Source: Glaucostegus cemiculus (Eukaryota). From it: a stretch of DNA of 64,000 bases. Shown here one piece after another: positions 1 to 13,028 of this stretch. The notes under the pieces are model-generated. The model saw nothing but the letters and a program-made list of their open reading frames with translations, did not search any database and was not told where the DNA came from. The position numbers and the translations under genes were made by a program. The stretch is from assembly GCA_976551045.1 (NCBI GenBank), contig CDPCPM010000077.1:7068001-7132000 (forward strand). The letters run 5' to 3'. Numbering within the stretch: the first letter of the stretch is position 1; every line of letters begins with the position of its first letter.

Positions 1-370
1 GTAACAGTAAGAAAAACTTCATGCATCGCTCCAAGTCGTGCCAGTGATCTTGTATGTCCTCCTTTGAGGGCAAGTAATTTTAATGTCTCGTGTTGGGAGT
101 GTCATTCTGGCTTATGTGCTCATGTCCCTGAGTGGGACTGAAACACTCGACCTTCTGACTCAGAGGTGAGAGTAAACTGAGCCAAATCTGGCATCTAAGG
201 TGCAGAAAGCAGTTTTGCAAATGTGTTGCAGAAAGCAGTCATGAAATGCGAATTTTGTGGGTTGTGAATCCATCAGTCACAATCTTGTAAAGTATTCTTT
301 CTCAATGCTAGAGTTAATGATGAATGACCAGAAAGAGACAGTGATATCTGTAAACTTATAATAAAAACGC

Positions 371-607
371 TTTTATTTGTGCAGCACAGTAATAGGCCCT
401 ACCGGCCCAGTGAGCCCTTGCCACCCAATTACACCCCATGTTAACCTACTAAGTGGTACGTCTTTGGAAGGAAACCAATGCACCCGGAAAAAACCCACGC
501 AGACACAGGGAGAACGTACAGACTCCTTACAGACAGCGGTGGGAATTGAACCCCGATCGCTGGCGCTGTAGTAGTGTTACACTAACTGCTACGGTACTAT
601 GCCGCCC
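371..607 (-). mobile_element. V-SINE, tail type B-related
   Basis: tRNA-like head, V-core and gggccggtagggcctattactgtgctg tail. Confidence 0.8.
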
Positions 608-744
608 TCGCACTCTTTTTAGAAACTTCTAATGCTTCCTTTTTGACCAGTCTTCTCCTGTGAATCCTCTTCACAGATTCATTTAAATTCCCAGCACAGT
701 AAGTGCCCATGCATCTTAACATGTTCACTCAGGGACTGAACCCC

Positions 745-1282
745 CAGTCTTGTACATGACCACCAGGCTGTGCTCCTTCTCCCTGCATACAAACAGAAGC
801 TGAAATGGGAGGATCCAGTACAGAAAGTCGTGTAGTGCTGGTCTGAGGAAACAGATGAGCTTCTATGCGACTGCTTTGAGTCAGTGGACTGGTCCATGTT
901 CAAGGACTCAGCTGCCAGCCTAGATGAGAATGTCACCACCATCACGGACTTAATCAGCAAGTGTGTTGAGGACTGTATACCAAAGAGGACAATACGGGTG
1001 TTCCCAAACCGGAAACCATGGATGAACCAGGAGATCCACACCTTACTGATGGTGAGGACTGCTGCATTCCAATCATGTAACCCTGACGTTTAAGTCCAAA
1101 ATCAAATCCCAGACCAGCCGTCAGTTGTGGCAGGTCTTACATGCTATAATGGGCTACAAAACAATGTCAGGCAGCATCGCAAACAACAGCGCATCCCTTC
1201 CCAATGAGCGTAACGCATTCTATGCAAGTTTTGAACAGAAGGGGATTGGTTTGTCACCACCCACCCTGACAGCCTCAAATGC
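745..1282 (+). mobile_element. Rex1/Babar-like LINE internal fragment
   Basis: Translation CWSEETDELLCDCFESVDWSMFKDSAASLDENVTTITDLISKCVEDCIPKRTIRVFPNRKPWMN, typical of the EN-RT linker. Contains stops and deletions. Confidence 0.75.
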
Positions 1283-2849
1283 CTGAAATAGTCAGCAGGC
1301 CCGACCGTATCTGTGGGAGGAGAAACGGAGTGGATGCTTGACCTGAAATATTCACTGTATCTTTTCCCAGAAATGCAGCCTGACCTGCAGTGTAGTTACA
1401 GCACTTTCCGTTTATGGAAGTTAGAGTTGCCTCTTTAATTAATGCCGATTTTGTTGCCTGAGAATTTACTAATTGACTTGGCCTGTCCCTAACCTTAACC
1501 TTCCTCTCCTACTAAAACAACTATAAAATCTTTCCCATCATGGTTACAGTCTTCTTCACCGTATTCCCTAATCTCATTGCTTGTAGTAACTTGATCTGTG
1601 GAGTACGGTATTTCGCTCCTGTGCATGCTGAATGTGTATATGGTGGTGACAATAAAACTGATTCTGATTCTAGTAGGGAACAGTTTTGGGGGGAGATGTG
1701 CATGCAAATTAATTATTTTATATTACCTCAGGATCTTTAATGCTGGAAATCTGAAATGAAAAAGACCAGAAGTGCGAGTATCTGAAATTGTTAAGTTCAA
1801 AGTTGCGTCCAGAAGACTCTTGCAATGTCTCTAACAGAAGATGAGGTGGTGTTTCTTGAGCTCATGTTGGTCTTCAGTTGACAGGGTTGGAGTCTGAAGA
1901 CTGAGATGGGGTGGGATGGACGATGAAAGCTGATTATCCAATCTGTGTTTGTTGTCCCTGATGAACACTGAATAGTAACCTGTGTGGTAAAATGTATAAT
2001 TAATAATGTACTGTACTCAGTGCTCACAATGTAGTCTCCTCTATCTTAATAGTTTTTTGTATTAGTCCATTCAAGCAATTGCCAAACTTTCCTAAGGTGT
2101 GTAAATAAATAAAAATAATATTGCCTTCCAAATTCATTCTATGCAAAAATGGAGCGTTGAGGATTTTTTTTCCACAGAAGGCATTATTGCACTACCATTC
2201 TGACCCTGAACTTGGACTGCTTCATCTCAGTGTTGGTACTGAGTGAAACCATTTCACAACATACCACTGTTATTTATGTGTAACCTAAATGTGGCCTCAG
2301 ACAGACCCACTAATAGATTCTAAGCTCCTCCTTCAAATTTGATGGGCACCCAGGGATCAAAGTTCTGTTCACGTGGAGAGGGACAGCGGAGATTTGGGAC
2401 TCTAAAATCTTACAGCCCGTTGGAACCTATTTATTCTCCCCACATTCCCATCAACTCCTCCCACCCCTCCCCCCCCAAGATTCTACCATTCACCTCTACA
2501 TAAGGAGCAATTTGCAGTGGTCAATTAATTTACCAACCCTTACATGGATGATACACTGTAGACATCCTTAAGATCCTGGTGGAGTCTAGCTCCAGTGACT
2601 TGCAAGATACTTGACAACTTGCAGGAGAAAGCAGCCCAGTACCCTGTAAGTAGGGACTCAAGCCTGGAGGACACAGTGAACTAGTACCCCCTTCACCAAG
2701 TTTGCTTCCTTCACTGCTAGTGTATTGTGGTTGCTGTGTGTACCATCAACAAAATACACTACTGCTATTTGTCAAGTCTACTGCCATAGCATTTCTCAAA
2801 TCCTTGACCCCTACCATAAAGGAGAATAAGAACAGCAGGCACATAAGAC

Positions 2850-3300
2850 CACCACAAGGAAGGCGCACCAGTCTTTTTACTGTCTTAGGAGGTTGGAGAG
2901 GTTTGGCTTGTCACCGAACACTCCAACAAACTTCTGTAGATGTACTGTTGGAAGTTTGCATCATGGTCTGGTGTGGCAATTCGAATGCGCAGGAATGTAA
3001 GAAGCTACAGAGAGTAGTAGACTCTGCCCAGTACATCATGGGCACATCCTCCCCACCATTATAGTATCTATAGGAGACACTGCCTCAAGAAGGCAACATC
3101 CATCATCAAAGATCCCCACCATCTGGGCCACGCCATCTTCTTGCAGCTACCATCAGTCAGGAGGTACAGAAGCCTGAAGTCCCGCACCACCAGGTTCAAG
3201 GACAGCTGCTTCCCTTCAACTAGTCATGGGAACCAACCTGCACAACCCTTATCACTACCTCAAGTACTTGTGCATATGACAGTAAACTTGACTTTGACCA
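2850..3300 (+). mobile_element. Rex1/Babar-like LINE 3' end
   Basis: Translation CIMVWCGNSNAQECKKLQRVVDSAQYIMG...IIKDPHHLGH...LPSVRRYRSLKSRTTRFKDSCFP, then a catatgacagtaaacttgactt tail. Confidence 0.8.
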
Positions 3301-5339
3301 CATCTGAAGGTTCCCCTCAATATTTAATACCATGCTGACTTGGAAATATATTGCCATCTCTTCCTTGTCACTGAGTATAAATACTGTAACCCCCTAGTGT
3401 GACCAGAAGGAGTGCAGCAATTTAAGAAGTTGTCATCTCCACCTTTCCAAGTTAAAGATGGGTATCAATGCTGATTCAAGTTAATGATGGCTATATAACC
3501 TGGAAAAGTATTGGCTGTCAAACCTGATACATGGAAAAGGCATGGAATTTGGATAAACCTACTGTACTAACTTAGACTAATGCAAAGACCTGACATTTTA
3601 GATTTTCCGTGGTGTGAAGATTGGCGATTATGTTTTCATTAAAGGTGTGGAAATTGCCTGTGTGTGAATTCTTTTTTGCAGCGTAACGATTGCACAGCAG
3701 TTACCACATAGACCGCTCTTGATTTAATGGCAAAGAGAGCCAAGACACTTGGAGATTGTTCTGCTCCACAGACTTAACACACTTGGGGACACATGCAATT
3801 TTTGCCTGCAGTCATTTCCCTTAGGCTCCCACTGTATCGGCTTACCCTGCTCCTTCCCGCTACTTTCCCTCTTGATTCCCACAACATCTCTCCCTTGTGA
3901 GTCTACCGACTGTTACCACCTGTCCTCAATGAGGCCACTTCACAATTGCCAGTCACTCTCCCCCACCCTCACCCACATCCACCCTAAAATCTGACCCCCT
4001 CCCCCCAGCTGTGGACAGGCCGAGACCAGGGTCCCCCAGCTGTGGGCAGGCCCAGAACTGGGACCTCTGTCTTGGAGTGCACTGGGAACTGGAAGTACAA
4101 CAGGAGAGTAAAAAAATATGAAAACATTCCACAAAACAGCCAATTTGGTTTGAAATACCTGGTGTAACTATTTTGTTTGTGAATAAAGACAATGGAGTAG
4201 GCAAACCCAAGTCCCCAGTGCGCAGGCTCCAATTCCTTTCCCGGCTGAGGCAAGTCCATCCGAGCAATCTGTAGGATACGTACCTGGGCTTTGGACCATC
4301 CTCTGGACACTGGTCTCTATTCCATGTTGATGCCCACACGTCTGTAGCAGTATTGGCTGTTACCTACAGAGAGTAATGCAGGCCAATCATTCTAATGCTT
4401 GCCTGGTGATGCTAAGCAAAGATCTATGACCCTGGTTAGCTCTCCACCAAAAAAGACCTCTGGAATCCTGCCTTATCTTCATTCTCAGTAAAGCATGAGA
4501 CGGATGGTTAATTCTCTGATTATGTTGAAAGGATTGGAAAGGGACCAAAAGTGACTTCCCTAAACCACATGTGGGACTGAAATAGTGTAACGTCAGCACA
4601 AACGGTGCAAGTGAATCATACTTCTGAGCTAAATACAAAACAGTTCACAGGGCTTCTTTTGAAGTTTCCCATTTCATTTCCGTTTATGTCTGACATTTCA
4701 TGTAATTGGTTCCTGTTTTCTCCTGCCCATTTCTCACTCCTAACCAACATGTCCTTTTCTTCCCCTCAACCTAATTTCCTTTATTTTAACTCCCTCCCAC
4801 CCCTCCCGTGCCCCACCAAAACATTCCCTTTTTATGAGGGCAGGAGCAGGATCCTTCTTGTTCCACAGGCTCCTGCGTCGTTTTGGTTACTACACCCAGT
4901 TTACCATTCTTGTTCGTGTGTGACATAATCAGCTGTGACTGCAGTGCAGTCAAGATAAAGATTTCGGCCTAAGCCAGAGCCTCTCGTTGCCCAGTTAACC
5001 TTAGTGCAACCTGTAGCAATCACCGTGTGGTATTTGGAAGTATTTGTCATCCTTCTCATTCATTTGCAGTTCTGCCGAGACCAGATAACTCAGAACATAA
5101 TCAGTGCAGAACCAAGACGTAACTTTTCGAGTCTGCTTCACCATTCAGCTAATACTAATCACCCTCCACTTTATCACCCTGTCCTGGTATCCCTTGAATT
5201 TCTGACTGTCCAAAAACTCATATCAATTTTATTCTTGGTGACTAAGCAGAGGTAGCCTTCTGCAGTAGGAAATTCTGAAGGTTTACAAACCCGTGAATAA
5301 AGAAATTTCTCCACATCGTAGTCCTAAATATTGACACAT

Positions 5340-5800
5340 GATCCTCTCCTGCTCCCCGTCTGTCCCTTTTCTCTGTCTTCCGGATCTACCCAGTTCCTCC
5401 TACACCCACCCCCCCAGCCCCCCATCATCCTTTTTCATTCCCCTCCTCCATCTGCCCATCGCTGACACATTCCTCCCACTGGGTCCCTGTACCCCACTGT
5501 TCCCTTCTGCCCTCCCCACCTCCTTTAGTTGGTTCCATGCTCCACCTTCTGATCAGATTCCATCACCTGCAGCCCTTTTGTTGCCTCCATCTACCACCTC
5601 CCAGCCTCTGTCACTATTTCCACTCTTCCTTCCTCTATCTACCTATAAGCCCTCCTCACCTGGATCCACTAATCACTTGTAGCTCTTGCCTCACCCCTTC
5701 TTTCAGTTCGGATAAAGCATCTTGACCCGAAACATTGACTGTCCATTCCCCTTCACAGATGTTGCCTGACCCACTGAGGTTCTCCAGCAGTTTTTTGTTT
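5340..5800 (+). mobile_element. Older Penelope-like 3' region and pLTR
   Basis: C/T-rich segment homologous to 51400-51780. It ends in a decayed hammerhead (5704-5741, CAGTT CGGATAA...GAAA CATT GACTG) and cagatgttgcctgacccactgag. Confidence 0.7.
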
Positions 5801-6143
5801 GAGAGAATAAAATTTCATTCTGTTCTTTCTATCCTTGTCCAACCATCCTATCATGAAGAGAGTCAGTCTGACGAACCTTTAATCTGGCCTGTGTGGACTT
5901 TATATTGGATCATTGTGACACTTTACTCTGTACTGTTATTGTTTTTACCTATACCACATCAATGCACTCGGTACTAACTCAATACAACTGGACCGTGCAA
6001 TGAATTGACCTGTATGTTTGGTATGCAAGACAGGTTTTTCACTGTACCTCAGTGCAAGTGACAATAATAAATACACCAAAACCAAACCAAACCACTTGGA
6101 TAAGATTTGAAACTGAGATGGTAAGAACGCTGAAGTGGATGTT

Positions 6144-6440
6144 AAGATAAGATCTTTATTAGTCACATGTATATCGAAACACACAGTGAAATACACCTTT
6201 TGCGTAGTGATTTTGGGGGCCAGCCTGCAAGTGTCGCCATGCTTCCTGCGCCAACATAGCATGCCCATAACTTCCTAACCTGTACGTCTTTGGAATGTGG
6301 GAGGAAACCGGAGCACCCGGAGGAAACCCACGCAGACACGGGGAGAACGTACAAACTCCTTACAAACAGTGGCCAGATCTGAACCCGGGTCGCTGGCGCT
6401 GTAATAGTGTTATGCTAACTACTATGCTACCATGCCTGCC
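6144..6440 (-). mobile_element. tRNA-derived V-SINE, tail type A (Rex1-like tail)
   Basis: Pol III A/B-box head, V-domain gtgggtttcctccgggtgctccggtttcctcccaca, and tail ttcactgtgtgtttcgatatacatgtgactaataaagatctt. Confidence 0.88.
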
Positions 6441-7571
6441 AAATCTCTTGAAAGCTTGCTGAGCACCCTAAACTGGTTATCATCTCAGTTACCTTGTTTC
6501 CAATTGTTGGTTTGCGTTGCAATTAAAGTCACTACACTGTTTGTCTGCATAACTACAGTGGTTGCACTGCAAAGTAATTTAAGTTTGAAGCCCTTGGGAT
6601 GTTTTAAAATGAAGCAGTGGAATAGCACAAAAGTTCAGTTTCTTTCTTGCCTCCTGTCCTGTGACATGCAGCATCTCAAAGCTTTCTTTGTAAGTAGGTT
6701 GTAGATGTTAACTCAAGGTCCCACCATCCCTCTTAGAGGGGTAGGAAAGATCCCATGACCTTATTTAAAAGTGCATTGAATTCTCCACTGGGCTCTGTCA
6801 ATATTTATTCATCACCCAATTTCACAGAAACAGATTGTCTGATTATGGGAGGTTGCTGTGTGCAAATTAGTTATTCAGTTACTTGCATTCTGACAGTGAA
6901 GACTTCATTGACTGAATCCTTCGGGGTGTCCTCATACGAAAGATGTACTGCAAACGTACGTCATTTGAATCACAGTGAGCTTTAGCCATCATTATTAGAC
7001 CTGATATCTTCCTCCTTTGCACTGAACAGGTGCACAGTTCGCAGCAAGGATTCACTGATTGTTTCTGAGTTTATGGGTATCAAGTCCAGCAAAAATTCTG
7101 AAGACTTTGCCCAAATGATTCAGAACACAGACTTTCCCGTGTTTTTTCTTCATTAGCCTTTGTTACTGTCATTCCAACAAATTGGAGTTCATATCTTGAC
7201 TTCTTTCCTCAATTTTCCTTCCTTGCTGTATGGAAGCATCTATCTTCTGCTTGTCACTGACCCAGAAAACTGACTACAAAATGTTGAAGGTATCTTTAGT
7301 GTGGTGTTATAGCTATTGAACTGACTGCCATCTTATCTGTAGGATTATGTGTGGCTTTTTGTTAAAGGATGAAGTTTGTGAAGCTGTTTAGCCTCTTTTC
7401 AAACATTTAGCAAATTATCACATCAATGAAAACAGCAACAATTTGCTGTTTTTTAAAAAATTACCGAGGTTCTGTCAAAATCTATTGAATCAAAGAATAT
7501 AGTGTTATGTAGCATAGAGGCCCTTCGGTCTATCATATCTATGCTGACCATCAAGTACCTATCAATACTAA

Positions 7572-7861
7572 GGCACAGTAGTATAGCGGTTAGCATAACG
7601 CTTTACTTACAGCGCCAGCATCCCAGGTTCAATTCTGGCTGCTGTCTGTAAGGAGTTTGTACGTTTTCCCCGTGTCTGCGTGGGTTTCCTCCGGGTGCTC
7701 CGGTTTCCTCCCACATTCCAAAGATGTACGGTTTAGGAAGTTGTGGGCATGCTATGTTGGCATCGGAAGTGTGGCGACACTTGCAGGTTGCTGTCAGAAC
7801 ACTCTGTGCAAAAAGATGCATTTCACTGTGTGCTTTGATGTACATGTGACTAATAAAGATC
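7572..7861 (+). mobile_element. V-SINE, tail type A
   Basis: Full-length copy near-identical to 6144-6440. It is inserted into a CR1-like tail. Confidence 0.88.
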
Positions 7862-9019
7862 ATTTGCCAAGACTTGGTCTGTTCCCTACTACGCCAAGGC
7901 AATTCAAGTGCTTATCCACATGCTTCTTAAATGTTGTGAGAGCTTATTCAAATTTTCACATTTATTTGGATAGTCGCAACCAAAATTATGATTGCCTTAT
8001 TGAAGTTTCTAAAACGAAAGTGCACATTCTCTGCTAACATGTTAACTTCCTGCAGCATACATGTGAAGATTAGAGTTCACTTTAAGTATTTTATATTTCA
8101 TTGATCTTTAAGTTCCAAGGTTAGCAATGTATATTATTTAACATAATATGTTACTGTACACAGGGTTCCCAGCAGGCAGCCATGCAGATAGAACTCTGAA
8201 CTATGTACCCAAATCAGTGGAGTGTAAGGCGAAAGATGTTAACAGAGATCATATAAGAGAAACTTCCGGTCCATGCAGCATTGCAGCGAGGAAGATGATG
8301 ACATCCAGAGGATTGAGTTGTGAGGAAAGACTGCAGTAACTAGGGCTTTACAATGTGAGGTAACTAAGAGCAAACTTTATAGAGTAAATAAGATAGTAAA
8401 TGGTATCGGATATTTGGGCCAGAACTTTACATATGACAGCTGGCCGAGGCGATAGAATGAAAGGCACAAATCTTTCTGGTGAGGGAAGAAAATATATAAC
8501 TTCCATCCAAGGGACACCAATAATAACTCCAGGGGAGGAAATTAGGCTTGCATAACTGCTTTTGAAAACATTAAGGAAAAAATTAACAGAGCTTAAGATG
8601 ACAAGTTATCAGAAACTGATAGTTCCCACCAGTGGTGTTCGCCTGGATTTTACTGGCGCAGGCTCACTGCCAATCACTGTTCTCCCTTAATGTGGCTGCA
8701 GGAGGTCATGTCTCGCTGGAATGAAGCATGCCTGAGTTTAGGAATGTGCTCTAAACAGTGAAGGGTCCTCAAACAGCTCGACAAGGGTGACTGTGTTTCT
8801 AAAACGGCCCTGAAAACCTTTCAAGAGCTGTTTCCAGCTCTGATGGGTGTGGAAAGCTGCAAGGGTTTTAAATACTTCTGAATGCCACTTACAATTCTTG
8901 GTGAATTCTTGATCTCCCAATGTGCCTGGATACCACCCTTGCACTTTATTCGTTTTTCTTCACTGTACTTTCTCTGTAGCTGCAACCCTATATTTTGCAT
9001 TCTGTTTTCTTTTTACTAC

Positions 9020-9237
9020 CTTTATTAAACGCCTTACCAAAATCTATGTACAGCACATCCACTGCTCTGCCTTCATCGATGTGCTTTATCACATCCTCAA
9101 AGAATTCAGTCAGGCTCGTGAAGCACGACCTGCCCCTCACAAAGCCATGCTGACTGTCCCTAATCAGCCTATGCTTCTCCAAATGCCCATAAATCCTGTC
9201 TGTAAGGGCCTGTACTGTGCTGTAATGTTCTATGTTC
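9020..9237 (-). mobile_element. CR1 RT fragment nested in a Rex1-like tail
   Basis: Translation LIRDSQHGFVRGRSCFTSLTEFFEDVIKHIDEGRAVDVLYIDFGKAFNK is a canonical CR1 RT motif. It is followed by a plus-strand CR1 terminus. Confidence 0.85.
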
Positions 9238-11911
9238 CACCTCGATGTACTTACTTATGGCATGATCTGCCTGGCTGGCACGCAAACAAAGTTTTTCACT
9301 GTGTCTCGGTACAGGTGACAATAAACCAATGCTAATAATTAGAAACTTCTAAGAACCATTAAAGGATGAAACAAATCTAAAAAATCTTTAAAATTCAATT
9401 TAAAAACACATAAATAATTAAAAATTGTAAAAAGGTGCTGAAAATAATTAACATTTAGGAAGAGGTATTTACCTTCTCTGTAGTTCCCTACTGTCTTACA
9501 ATTCCCATTTAACTTTCTGGACTTTCTGATCCTGCACTGTTTACTCTGGAGCAGGATCCGAGAGTCAATTCTCCAGTGTAAAGATCCCAGCTTTGCATCT
9601 GGAATCCGTGGTAGTCTAGTGGTGGACTGTATTGAAAGATATGATGTCAACTATCAGTGAGTCATTTTGGGAGTTCATTGTTTGACTGCACATCCATGAA
9701 AGTTCCAGGCTTGCTGGCAGTTAAATAGTGGAAGCTGGCAGTTCCATTCACAATGGCCATGCACTTACCAGCAAAATCTGAGCTACCCAAGGCAGTAGGT
9801 GAAACTACACACCAAAAGTTCTCTTCCATGTGAATTACACTTTGAAATTGGAAAATTATAAATGTTCATCTACTGTCTAAGAAGGGCCAGGAAAAAAAAG
9901 CATTAACTACAGGCCTGTAATCTTTAAATTGTGGGGAAATTCCTGGAACCTATGAGAGAGTCATTGTGGATTTGTAATGGGTAGCTCACGTGTGACCGAT
10001 TTAAATGTACATTTTGAGGAGGTCACTTACATGGTCAGCTGGGGATTGTCTATTGATGTTGTCTAAATGGACTTCTGGGAAGTACTTGAGGTCATTATGA
10101 GAAATGAGAGTACTTGGAGAATTAGTTGGTTATTGGATGGGAAATATGAGACAGAATAAAGGGTTTGTTCTCTGATACATGGCAAATAGTGCTCCCTGGA
10201 GATCTATACCGGGACCAGTTTTGCGTTGAGTTGTGAATGTCCAAGTTCTCAAATGATGCTAAATTGGAACTTCTGCATGATCTGGATGTGGGGATAAGAT
10301 TATAGAGAGAGTTGGATAGCTCAGGTGACAAAACCGATGAGAGGTGCTGTTTCATTTCTACAGAGTCTTGGGTAGGTCTGGACTGCTGTGGGCATGTAGC
10401 TTCAGGCTAGTTGTATTATCCCTGGAGAAAGTAGAGCATAGATTCACCAGAAGGATAGCAGGATTTAAAGGGTTAAAATTATCGGGACAGAGTTACGGAG
10501 AGCTACCTGCCACAGTGGAGAACTGAGAAGAAGACGATCGTAAATTGGGAGTATCAGCATATTGGAATGAAACCTGGAATCCCTTTTCACAAGAAGAGTA
10601 ACAAACATCTGGAACTAATTCCCCAGTTTTGGTCTTGAAGCAGATGTTACACAACGGACTCAAAGGGGTGAGCAGCCTATCCCTGCACGTAAAGGGTTAT
10701 GAATATACAATTCAGACTTTGAGACAGAGAGAAATAGAGGCAAAATTAAGATCACGATAAGAAATGAAACCAGGAATGATCCATGCAGCTCTGTAGCCTG
10801 CCATTCAATAACACGAAGTGACCCCGTGCCACTATTCTGTTTGATTCCCATGTTCCTTGACTCCCACAGTTTATAAAAGTCTCTCAGTCTTGGTCTTGAC
10901 TCAATGACTGAATATCAACCACCTGTGGTAGAGAATTCCAAAGTTTCTCGGGAAGCATGGTAGTTAAGGTTTTTAAATTTTGGTTGTGGTCCTTCAAATA
11001 TGAAATCATATGTGTTCTGCACCTCCCCCTTAGTTGGATCCAGAGTTGCTGCACCACCCCTGAGTTCTCCCAGAGCTCCGAGAGCTTGTCTTAAAATAAA
11101 AGTTCAAATTATACAACCCTGTAGTTATCTAATCTTTTCCATGTGATATCTCTCTCATCCTATTCTTTGTAAATGTGGTCTCGTACCACACTTTGGGTCT
11201 TAAACCACCCAAGTTCCTTTATAGCTGTCTATAGCTGTTGTGATAGAAGTTAAAGTCTGACTCATTTGTTCTTAAGGTGAAATAACAATTATTCAGCTTG
11301 TAGGCAGTCAACTCCGAACAAGTGAGAAGAGTGTCTGAACAGGTAGAGAGCTGGAATCTAGTGTTTGCTGTGGGGCCTGTTCATTGCTGAGTCTTGTTCC
11401 TTTTGCGTAATGCTTTGCTGGATTAAATGGCCCTTGCAAGGTTAGACATAGCCATTCTGGGTGTGGTACCTCTCAGTAGCGTGGGCTCAGTTTACCACCT
11501 GTGCGTTAAGAAAAGAATATAACTAATTTGTTCATTTTAATGTAACTCTTATTGTTGGAGTAAGGCTTACTAGAGTAGTAGAATCAGAATCAGGTTTATT
11601 ATCACCTGATAATGCCGTGAAATTTGTTGTTTTGCGGCAGCAGTACATTGTAAGGACATAAAAATGACTATAAATTACAAAATAAATAGTGCAAAATAAA
11701 GCAATAATGAGCTAGTGTCCATTCAGAAATCTGACGGCAGAGGGGAAGAAGCTGTTCCTGCATCGTTGAGTGTGTGTCTTCAGGCTCCTGTACCTCCTCC
11801 TGGTATGAGGAGAAGTTGGGTGGGTTAGGCTTGTATCTGCTGGAGATTAGAAGAGTGAGAGGTGGCTTGATCTAAAAGAGGGGTTTGACAAGGTAGATGT
11901 GAAGAGGATTT

Positions 11912-12170
11912 TTCTTTTTTAAAATTTTTTAAAATTTTATTTACAGCATGGTAACAGGCCCTTTCGGCCCAACGAGTCCACGCCGCCCATTTTAAACCCC
12001 CAAATTAACCTACCCATACGTCTTTTAGAATATGGGAGGAAACCGGAGCACCCGGAGGAAACCCACGCAGACACGTGAGAACATACAAACTCCTTACAGT
12101 CAGCGACGGGAATCAAACCCCGATCACTGGCGCTGTAACAGCATCACGCTAACCGCTACGCTCTCGTGCC
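11912..12170 (-). mobile_element. V-SINE, tail type B (CR1/HE1-like tail)
   Basis: Same head and core as type A, but the 3' end is ttgggccgaaagggcctgttaccatgctgtaaataaaa. It is inserted into a CR1 fragment. Confidence 0.85.
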
Positions 12171-12545
12171 TTTTGTGGGTGAATCTAGAACTTAAAAGTA
12201 AGATGATGCCTATTTAAAGCAGAGACGATATGAATTCTCTCAGAGGATCATGAGTCTTTGGAACTCTCATCCTCAAAGGTCAGGGAATTGCAGAATATCT
12301 GAATGTATTTAAGGCAGAAGTAGATGGATCTTTGATGAGCAAGAGGTTGAAAAGTTACTGTGGGTGAACAGGAATGTGAAGTTGAGGCTACAGTTGGATT
12401 AGCACCATCTTATTAAATGGTTCAGCAAGTGGCCTGTCCTCCTCCTGATTTATATTTTTATAGCTGCAAACAATTTCAGCATTTCTTCCTTAGCTTTTGA
12501 TGTTCCTTTTGTGAAGGATCAAAAGCCATGTGTAAAACTTTTTTT

Positions 12546-13028
12546 CTTTGGTACACAGTCCTCAACACACTTATAGAGATACAGCCTCAGCACATCACAG
12601 AAACTAGCCTCCCCTCCATGGACTCTGTCTATACTTCTTGCTGCCTCAGTAAAACAGCCAGCATAGTCAAAGCCCCACCCAGCCCGGATATTCTCTCTTC
12701 TCTCCTCTCCCATCAGGCAGAAGATACAAAAGTCTGAAAGCATGTACCACCAGCTTCTATCCCGCTGTAAAAAGACTATTGAACAGTTCCCTTGGATGAT
12801 AAGATGGACTCTTGACCTCACAATCTACCTCGTTGTGACCTTGCACCTTACTGTCTACCTGCACTGTACTTTCTCTGTAGCTGTGATACTTTATTCTGCA
12901 TTCTGTGTTATTTTACCTTGTTCTACCTCAATGCACTGAGCAATGAATGGATCTGTATGAATGGTATTTAAGACAAGTTTTTCACTGTACCTCAGTACAT
13001 GTGACAATAATAAAACAATTCCAATTCT
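12546..13028 (+). mobile_element. Rex1-like LINE 3' end and 3' UTR, with a short inverted 5' piece
   Basis: Translation QHITETSLPSMDSVYTSCCLSKTASIVK; tail ttcactgtacctcagtacatgtgacaataataaa. Related tails lie at about 5870-6095 (+), 8935-9332 (+), 11580-11802 (-), 15110-15425 (-) and 60455-60855 (-). Confidence 0.75.

Noticed and set aside
3990-4070. Two copies of ccccagctgtggrcaggcc about 30 bp apart
   Set aside because: It is a short local duplication with no further structure that I can support.
4586-4925. Possible third solo LTR (TGTAAC...GTGACA)
   Set aside because: The flanks (aatag / taatc) do not form a TSD, so support is insufficient.
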